Assembly: GCA_003344405.1 (NCBI GenBank)
Contig: NOWV01000151.1
Span: 62,001-126,000 of the forward strand
DNA: 64,000 nucleotides
Source: Trichoplax sp. H2
Lineage: Eukaryota
Direction of reading: 5' to 3'
Shown one piece after another: positions 54,635-64,000 of the stretch. The notes beneath the pieces were generated by a model. It had not been told where the DNA came from, searched no databases, and saw only the letters and a list, made by a program, of their open reading frames with translations. The translations under genes and the position numbers were made by a program. Position 1 is the stretch's first letter. Every line of letters begins with the position of its first letter.

Positions 54635-56050
54635 TTGACTATCGTCCCCGTGGAATATTTAAGAATCTAATTATTCGATCGTAATTTATATAAAACTGCA
54701 AATGTAGTGTAAAATTTGAGTTTATACGGTTTGGTGTAAGGCTCAAATTGCGATGCTGATGTATTTCTACGGTACTGCAATCGCAAATTTGAAAATTATT
54801 ATTCCTATATAATGTAAAACTTTCGTCTCAGTCCAGTAAGAGACACTTAATTAATTCACTTCTCGCTTGTAAATTCGACTACAATAGACACCAACCCGTC
54901 TCTATGTTGAAACTTTATTTTATTTCATTTCTATGATACTATGATTCACTTCCGGAATTGAGCAGGATGTCGCATATAGTAATATAGCTATAAATAGTAT
55001 GGTATATTTCCTTTTGTGTAACCTGTATTAGTATTAAATATTATATCATCGATAACTAATTATAATATGCTATGAAATATCAATTACAGATAGAAGTTGT
55101 AGCGATAGAGATAGAGTTGCTTGTTAAGAGACTAAGATTAAATATGTGTATTCTCATAGATGTTTTTTAGAAGCTGAATTATTCTAACGTGAGAAAGTTA
55201 AACAGATATGTTTATTCCATTGCACAATCGATAAGGCTCCTTTTAGTTAATATAAACTCAAGACTTGCATGAACAGCTTATAAATAAGGAACATATAAAA
55301 CACCGTAAAAACTTCTAACTTTAGCAATGAATTAGTTATTCTTCATTCGCCTCGATAACCGTCGTAACTTAATAGTAGCCTATAAGCGATTGCAACTAAA
55401 ACGAGCCCTTATTACAATATAAAATTTTTTAGCCTGCTCTAGCCTAAAAAATGCTTAAAATGTATGAGGCGAAAGTTAGATTAGTTATCTAAAATAATAT
55501 CAATATCCAATCGATAATTTATAATCGTGGCTAATATAATTTAATAAATAAAATTCTTCTTCACCTACAGACTAATTCAATAACTAATAATTCTTATATG
55601 ATTTTTATCAAGTTAATACCTTTCACCTAAAGTATTTCTACTAAACTTTATAAGTATTTTCATCAACTAGCACATTTCTTCTGGTACATTACATTTCTAA
55701 TTATTTAAGCTTGATAACTTGACAATTTTAAGCAATTTTACCGCATCAGTCTCACCCAAATTAAGTTAGACCGCTCTATACATAATTTAAACTAGCTTGC
55801 TAAAATTACGGTTTGGGGAGTGTCTACAGCAAAACAAAGATTTTCATGTCCTCTATATCATTACGCAGATGAACGTTAAGCAGATTCAATCTAGATCAAA
55901 TCTAAATCGATTTCATCAAATTTTAGTCTGGTTAATTTATTATTGATTGCAAAATTAATCTTATTTTGTTTCGAAGTTTTAATTAAACAAAAATGACAAT
56001 AATTACAATTATAAAGACACTTTGGCTATTTTACCATTGCTTCAGTTAGC

Positions 56051-56190
56051 AATCTTTAATTGAGAAAGCTTACACGAACTCGCTATGTAGTATTAATCTT
56101 TATGGTTTCTTTGTACGAAATAATCTTTAAGAAAGCCTACATGAATTCGCTATGTAGCATTAATCTTTACAGCTTCTTTGCACGAAATAA
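56051..56190. repeat. ~67-71-bp tandem duplication of the GPCR C-terminus and stop codon
   Basis: The minus-strand units encode ISCKEAVKINAT* (in the gene's frame) and ISYKETIKINTT* (downstream copy, different frame). Confidence 0.85.
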
Positions 56191-59100
56191 CCCTATGGTT
56201 CCTGCCAAGTCTTGGAAATCGTCTTTTCTTGCTGACCATCTTACGTTTATAATATGTACTAGCAAATATTAGAGGATTGCTGAAACTATTTATGCTAATA
56301 AGGAGGACGGAAAAATTTTTAACCAGCGAATCGGTAACTTGTGTAGCACCAGCTAATTCCATAACATGGTAAATAGCAAATGGAGCATAGGAGATTAAGT
56401 AAACAATGCAAATGGCGGTAATAGAAACATTTAGATAGCGGGTATCTGTTCTTCTTGTCATAAGGTTAGATTGAGGATTTAAACTATTGCTACTTGATAA
56501 CTGACAATATTGTAAGAGACTGCGTTGACTTAGAAAATAGGCTCTGCTAATTCTAATGTAGTAGTAGGACATGATAACAAATGGCAAGTAGTAACATACC
56601 CCAATGGATAAGCCCAGAAAGGAAATGTGAAGCGGATGCTAGCCTGCTCTGTAACTTACGACACAAAGGCCCGTTGAATTATAGTACATCATTTGACCCC
56701 ATGAATTGGTCACAGTAAAAGCCGGAATTGTACATCCCATACACCATATAAGAGTAATCATGATCAAGATCGTTCTTCTGGTACAATATACACGGTAAGT
56801 ATTTCGATGGACAATACTAATATATCTTGTTATTGCAATAAAAACCATGAGAAATGATGTAGTGCGTCCAAAAATTGAAATAGGTAAAAAGAAAATTCGA
56901 CACCCTAATGTATTTGTCGGGAATATCCTTCTGCCGTTTGAGAGTATTCCAAGGATGGACAAAGTACAACTATATGAATATATAAAATCAAATTTTTTCC
57001 GTTATTAAGTGCATGATTAAGTAAAATGCGTATTTAAAATCCTTAGGTTTTAATAAATGTAGAGTAATTTTACAATCATTCCATTCACTAGTTGACACAT
57101 CATCATTTTATTATAAATAGGTATCTGTAAAGTATGATACAGACAGAATTTCAAAATCTGATTGATCGTAAGTGCAAAGAAGCCTCATTACTGGGCTTTA
57201 CACAAGTAGATGATTTCAAAACTACTTTTAGTCTATTCACAACATTGTAATGGTATTTTTAATTTACTGTTAGCTAAGTTTGATATATTCCAGTGTCCTA
57301 ATGTAGGACACTGAATCAATTAATCATATGCTGTACGTAGCTTAGCATTTACAATAAAATAATTAATGGATTTAAACAGAAAGATAGATTTTTAACGTCG
57401 ATGATTTAACTAGATTTAAGTAATATGCATTTACTAAATATTTAATAATTCAACTCTAACATCTGAATTAATATTTTTTAATTAGTCAAGTTTGATTTAG
57501 ATTGCATGAGTAAGTATCATAGCCTGGCACTACAACAATAGAGTCAATTAATGCAAACATAAAGACGGATTTCAATAGACCCATAGCTACGGTGGTAAAT
57601 TACTAATTATTTAAATTAATACCCAAACTGCTGCTATTCATGACAATTGCAGCCAGTGCCCTTAAAAGTTGACCCGACACCCGACTTGAACCCAACTTGA
57701 GGGCGGGATTCGGGTTAAGAATTTCTGTAGTGATACATTCTTTGTATAGCAATTGCACTGATTTAGGGTTGTGAAATTAAATATTTAATCGAATTTTATC
57801 GAGTTAGGCTTGTGTTTTCACTTCATTTAAGGACTTCAATTGCAGCTACTAATAAAATCAGAATTAAATTCATATTTAGACAGTGCTAAGCGTAAATAGT
57901 GCAGCGTTAACTGTTGCATAAGCACTTTAACTTGCGGCATCCATTAGTTATTAAATAATATAAAACCAGGATCTTTAACAGCTCGTAGAGAAGTAAATAT
58001 GATGATTAAATAGTTTCTGCATATTCATTTGCACCAAACAGAATCGATTTATTTTTGATGTCATGGTAGCTGACACTTTGATAATTAATTAGTACTAATG
58101 CCAATCTCTGAGTTCTAGTCTGCAGAAATCAGCCTATTTCGTTTTTACAAGATAGAAAAATTTTTTCTTCGTCTACTTAATACATTATCAATAGGATAAA
58201 AAAAGTAAAATCTTTTTTTTAACATGTAAAATGGGAAACATTTTCTTAATTTGCATGGATTTATTCTTATCGTTATTTCAGACAATTAATCTCTTATATC
58301 TACTTTTTCTAATAATTGATTCAATCCACATTATTCATTTACGAGCATATTGATATTGTGATAATTTGTTAAACATTTTAATCACGATCCAAGTAAACTA
58401 TATCACTTTTGATCAAAAGTTGGAATATCGAAAAGGAAACAATAATATTAATTAATTATTATATCCCGGACTTTTAACTAGCACATGGTGAAAACTAGCT
58501 AATATCTTATTCTTGTCCAAAATATCAATCTCAGCAAATTAAATGCATAAAAAACGCATTACTATCAATACACTGATAAGAATAGGATAATATCCCATAG
58601 TATACAGAAATAATATATCAATATAAAATTAGAAACGGACAGTAGCCCTGAAACGTATAAGAAATTCATTACTGTCAGTAAAATTATAATATTACTAGAT
58701 GGGCAACCACACTTTGGCGATTTGAAACTTATTCTAGATTTTTGTTTAAAAATATAAAAAAATTTTGTATATAATTATAAATATGGCGCATGAAATTAGC
58801 TATCTTATCTGAGTTTAAGATTAACATTTTTTATCCTCCTCTTGTCTGCATAAACTGTATGCATCAAGTAAGAGCATTGATTCCTATTATTTAGTTCGAA
58901 TCTTATAATAGATTTAAGAAGTAATTTTCGGCCTTCAAAAGGAAACTAAATCAAATTCCTACCTAATGATTTGTAAAATTTGTATACTTAAATATCTATT
59001 TATTAGAACTGCTCAGAGTAATCTACCATACGGGTTAATTACATCCTATGGTCTGTAAAACAAAGCTGAAATAAAAAATGCTAAAATTACAGAATGGTAT

Positions 59101-61226
59101 ATATAAGTATTGCAATTTATCACTGATTTTTATAAGTTTTACATAGGTATTGTCTCATTCAGATATAACTCTTTTTTTAAATTTGTGGTCATAGCTTACT
59201 AAATATCAGCAATAGCTGCTAAAACCAGTTGTCTAAGTAAACTATAGTTTTAGATGCTAGATGAAATTTTGATCCTCAAATTCATATAAATTCGACTTTA
59301 CTGACATTTAAATGTAATAATTTCCTATACTTTTCATTTACAATCCTTGACAATTTTTAAAATGTCATTAATACGATCATGATATTAAATTATTTGAGGA
59401 GATAGTTTCATGATTCTTAAACTGCTGGATAGTACAGTATTTAGAACTATTGACTTCAACCGACACCACACAAGGACCATAGTTCAAAATATTCCGGTAG
59501 CCTGCAAATACGACTTGAAAGGTGCGTTTTCTTTAACTTTGTCGACTACGTGTATCTGAGATCTTATAATAAAGTTATTTACAACAAAGAAGCTTATAAT
59601 ATCTCATTATACTTTCATTTAAGAAATTTTATAACGGCTACTCCAGATTATGATGCAATATTTAGTTGGAACTGATTAACAACTTCTTTGCTTATGATTT
59701 CACGGAATCGAAATCATTACGAGATCGCTGAACATGAAAGATAGTATAACTAATTAAGTATTTACTTGGGCAAGGTACAATGGCAGCAAAATGTTATGAA
59801 CTGACGACTTTCAAATTATTTATCTGTGAGGGATTATGGTACTATGACGAATTTTTACTTAATTTTAGATCAAGGAATCACGTCTAAAGGAATTTGAATT
59901 GCTGCTGTTGACCGATCTATTACTAAATTCCAATTTTTTTCGATTTTAAACTACGAATTAGTCTAGATTTAATCCCACCCATAGATATCCTTTACTTATA
60001 ACAATTTCATTTCTAAAATATATACAGTGATATATATTTAGATAATTAAACGAATTTATCGGAAAAGTAATTCTATATTCTTAAATACACAATGTTCGAT
60101 ATTGAATTCTTTGCACATCTAAGATAAAATAAATATGAAAGTGTCAATGTATTTTATGCGCCTATAATTTGTTATTAATTCTATATTGCTGGGGTAGACA
60201 AGCTCATTCCATTGTAAGTAGATAAAATTAAAAAGCTTTGAGAACAACTACGTAATTGAGAATGTAATTAATACAAGGCAAAAGGTGATAATTACGATAT
60301 TGGAAAATGAAAATCCAAATGGACTATCTTAAATGATCATAAATTATTGCATAGAAGAAAATATGCCTTGACACAGAGTACGTTAAATATATATACTGTA
60401 TCGGTTACTTAAAATTATCAAGTGTTCAGTGATATATAGTTGACAAAATCCCACAAAATATCACTATATGATTACTATGCAAATAAAATGAGACGTTTCA
60501 CCAACTCGATATTTTATGTGGTGTATCGTAACGATAACTACCTTACAAACTAATCAAAGTTAAAGATGGTGTCCTAAACTACAGCTACGAAAGCCATCAA
60601 ATGTGAAGTAAACAAGTTTTTCCACTTGTTACGGTGGAAAATGTTCTTATTTGCATTAGAGCTTGCACTATGTCATAGGCTCTGATTAATATGATTATTC
60701 ACATTTTATAATATTAGCTACAAACAACGTCGAATGAAGTTATCGCTAAGACTACATGAAAATCTTTTCTGCACATTCATCGGTTGCAACATGATTTATA
60801 ATTTTGGTGAAAATTTCTCGCCTCAGCATAATACTCATTTTCAATTATTGAAATTATATACTGGTACTTATGCTAAACTATGTTTCAAAAAGTCATTGAG
60901 TCTTTACTTTTCCGGTATAGACCTAATTCTGAGGTAAGAATGGCAACTTCACCATATCAACTTTAAAATTACGCGGAGATACAATTCAATTACTTCTACT
61001 TCGTTTACCTAGAAATAACGAAGCCAAGATCTGATATAGCCAAGTTTAATATTTCTAAATGCAAAATTTTTCGTTCTTTTAGTTGCAATAAAATGCATAC
61101 AAGATAAGTATTACCAACAACGCCAATTATTAAAAAACTTGTATTAGTTATTACAGAAATGATAACCATGATAGTCGAGTTGGCGCCATGTGGCACTTTG
61201 AAGTTCGAATTAGTAAAATTGCCCAT
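56150..61226 (-). pseudogene. Class A GPCR paralogous to 48729-50833, with one in-frame TAG at 56639-56641 (pseudogene, null allele, base error or readthrough)
   Basis: Exon 61009-61226 (GN, NLAISDL) ends AG|GTAAAC. Exon 56150-56969 follows ATATAG. The intron has the same position and phase as in the paralogue. The two listed ORFs are in one frame: ...VSYRAG*HPLHISFLGLSIGVCYYLPF... Confidence 0.85.
57654..57838 (+). mobile_element. hAT-type MITE, copy 2 (inside the GPCR intron)
   Basis: Ends CAGTGCCCTTAAAA / TTTAAGGACTTCA; perfect 8-bp TSD ATTGCAGC (57646-53 and 57839-46); shares GAGGGCGGGATTCGGGTTAAGAATTT with copy 1. Confidence 0.88.
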
Positions 61227-64000
61227 TCGTAATACTTTCCAACGTATAGTTGACGGATTATTTCTATATCAAAATTATTTGCTGGATTGTCTGTTATGTC
61301 ATATTCCAAGGTATGTGGTTGATGCTACCCTTAAATTCATTACCTTTAGAGGAAAAAATATTGATAAATCAAGCTGGACGGAAGTGAAAGTTTGCAACCA
61401 TCATATATGAATACCTTAAATATTGCAAATATATAATCAGAATAGTTCTGGTTATCCAAATATTAACTTTTTTACTATGTACCGAAAAGCATACGTGAAT
61501 TGAGCAAATATAACAATTAATAAATATAATAGGTAGTGAGAATTTCAAGAAATGTACCGAGAGTTATACTGTACTGCTAGGCTAGAGTAGATAAGCAGTT
61601 AACTGTCATTAAAATTTCATTGATTTAAAATCTATTACAAAATAACAATATATTATATTAAACTACAGTATGGTGTTGTATTTATGCTATTTTTTCGGAA
61701 AAAAGGAACGATAATAATAGTGTTAAATTTTTTCTTTTAGTCTTGATGAAAAGACTTTGTGTGTTGAGCTGTCATTTTACTTTACTTGAGAGTTTGTCAT
61801 CTAAACCTGCTAAATTATACTAACATCCACATGGTGGCACTGATTCCATTTGTTTTCCTATTAGACACTTTAAAGGATACTGGACAATGTGGCAATAGAA
61901 ACTTCATTATAGAAATTACTTTAGCAAATCAATGAACTAGTAAACAAATATCGGTCCTATAATAATAGCATCGACCGGATGTTTCGAAGTACATTTGTAA
62001 ATTTTAACTGCTGCAATGAATTAAATAAATTCAACTTTTTTCAGACTAATACTTTGCTCTCTTATTATATTCTACTTTCCGTTCTTTGTCGGCCTGGTCA
62101 TTAATATTCAAATAGATAGTGGAGCCAGTGAGATCCTGGAGAGCTTATTAAGCATAATAATGAATTAACTATATGCTACAATTAAACTATTTCTAGTGCT
62201 ATTTTTTTTGTAAACAAAATATGTGGATGACCAATACACGGTCAATTATGCTGCGCGTAAATATAGATCATTTCATCTGAACTACGTCTGGATCAATTAA
62301 ACGGTTGAGAGGAATATTACCGTTATGTCAAACTACGAGCATTTTTCATTGCAATATTTCCAACCGATTTAATTTGTTGCTAGTGGATTAAATTTTAGCG
62401 TGTTTATTGATCATATAATTGGACCTTATTTATTGGATTTTTTCAAGAAGTGCAGTATGCCACTAATGATAAATTTAAAATGAACAATAAAAAGTCTAAT
62501 TTAAATTATCATAACTAACTCTTTTCAAGATCAGTATTGACAATACAAAGTCAGATCAATTTTGAGCCTTATTCCAAGTATCAGTTCTCCAATCTCGAGT
62601 ATTATCCAGAGCAAAATTCTCACTACCAATATTAGGTCTTGAAAATTTAATCAACAAAAGAAATTAATTAATCTATTTTTTCCTTCATGACATTTTCCTT
62701 TGCACACACTTAATTGGAAAATATGCTCAGTGCAGAAATTAACAGCTCTAATATGTATTGATAGCATATTTTTACTTGCAAAGTTGAATTAATTTAAATT
62801 TACTATCGATGCCTTCGCAGACTATGCATTAGATACTAACACATCATGAGTACAACAAACGGTAATAATGGCCAGTTTTCCGTTCCTTTCATCCTTGTAA
62901 GCTAGCAGGTGTTTACTGAAGCCAGGCATAATAATTATTGGAATCCTTCTAACCATATAAGGAATGGGCCTACGAGTATATTACCAGACATTGAACTCTT
63001 CTTTTCAAAGTCTACAATTTGTATTCCTCTTCACTTAAAGTATTATTATGCGCCATTGCAAGCTATCTCGTAAATACAAAAATACATTGCATAAATTTAT
63101 ATAGAAAATTTCAGAGTCGAAACGATATATATATTTCTTTGCTGTTAACGAAGAAACAGTCCCGTTGAAATTGTATGCAGGTTTTTATTTTTGCCATCTG
63201 ATAAGTTACCGTATATATTATCTACAGTATAAACTATACGAAATAGAGTTATTGCTACGATTTCTTACCTATGAAAGACTACTTTTACAGTATCCAGTAG
63301 TCTGAATAAACCTCATTTTAAAAGTTGTAGTTACACACTATTAAAGCGGTCAGCTTTTAATTGCGAGAATCGAGGTGAAAACTGTCTCCTTGAATGGACA
63401 CCAATCAATTATAAATAGTAGACTTCAATAAACCAATTTTGTCTATAACAATTTTACAGTGCAGAAATATTACCGTAGCCGAGAGCTTTGTTCTTCATTT
63501 GTATTATTCTTGCGGATCACCTTGACATGGTGATCAACAGAATTTTTAGCATTATTATCGTCATTATTAAGACATCATCTTTGAAATTCTTGGGCATTGT
63601 ACATCTACCCAGTTGTAAATATTACTGGATGAATAATTATGGTGGAATCTCGGCCAATTCATGCATGAAATTTATGCCACTAAAACAACACTGTCACATG
63701 CTAGTATGCAGTCAGTGAAGTTATTTGGGCTGATCGAGAATATAATTTTTATAATTTAGTCGACATCGTTGGAAATTAGTCGTGCAACCTCGACAAATAC
63801 TGCTGATAAATAATCAATCCGATATAGATGGAAGTGTACTTATCTTCTTGGTAGGGTAGTTATTAGTTATTACTTCATTTCATAAATAACATTTTGATAG
63901 TTTGTTTTCTAGTGATAATTGAAGTGTTTTTTTTTGGTCAATGTCATGATCGCATGTCACGTCGAATACTATAGTTGTCAAAGAGAAGTATAAAATTGAT

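Noticed and set aside
49990-56969. Opsin identity for the paired GPCRs (WG..Y....C loop)
   Set aside because: No Lys at the K296-equivalent position (Ser instead), so retinal binding is unsupported.
62935-63800. Minus-strand exon-like segments near the window end
   Set aside because: Multiple stops in all frames and no identifiable protein; cannot distinguish pseudogene from non-coding DNA.

Overview
AT-rich eukaryotic genomic DNA with GT-AG introns, many only 70-200 nt long. Base composition, intron size and divergent class A GPCRs suggest an early-branching animal, most likely a placozoan such as Trichoplax (inference, no search run). Reconstructed genes: (1) single-exon class A GPCR (404-1426, -); (2) two-coding-exon, ~677-aa coiled-coil protein starting MGTC (8701-15815, +), preceded by a near-consensus RFX X-box and a CRE; (3) ~16-exon HSF2BP/MEILB2 homologue (18390-21397, -), almost absent from the ORF track; (4) 7-exon, ~2000-aa CEP152/Asterless (27118-34183, -); (5, 6) a convergent pair of paralogous two-exon GPCRs (48729-50833 +, and 56150-61226 -), the second with a single in-frame TAG. 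Non-coding features: two copies of a hAT-type MITE with 8-bp TSDs, two mini-Helitron-like elements, clusters of TACAGTA/TACTGTA motifs resembling nested Tc1/mariner excision footprints, several tandem duplications, and a probable haplotype duplication across a 20-N gap. No prokaryotic features, CRISPR arrays, tRNAs or rRNAs were recognised.
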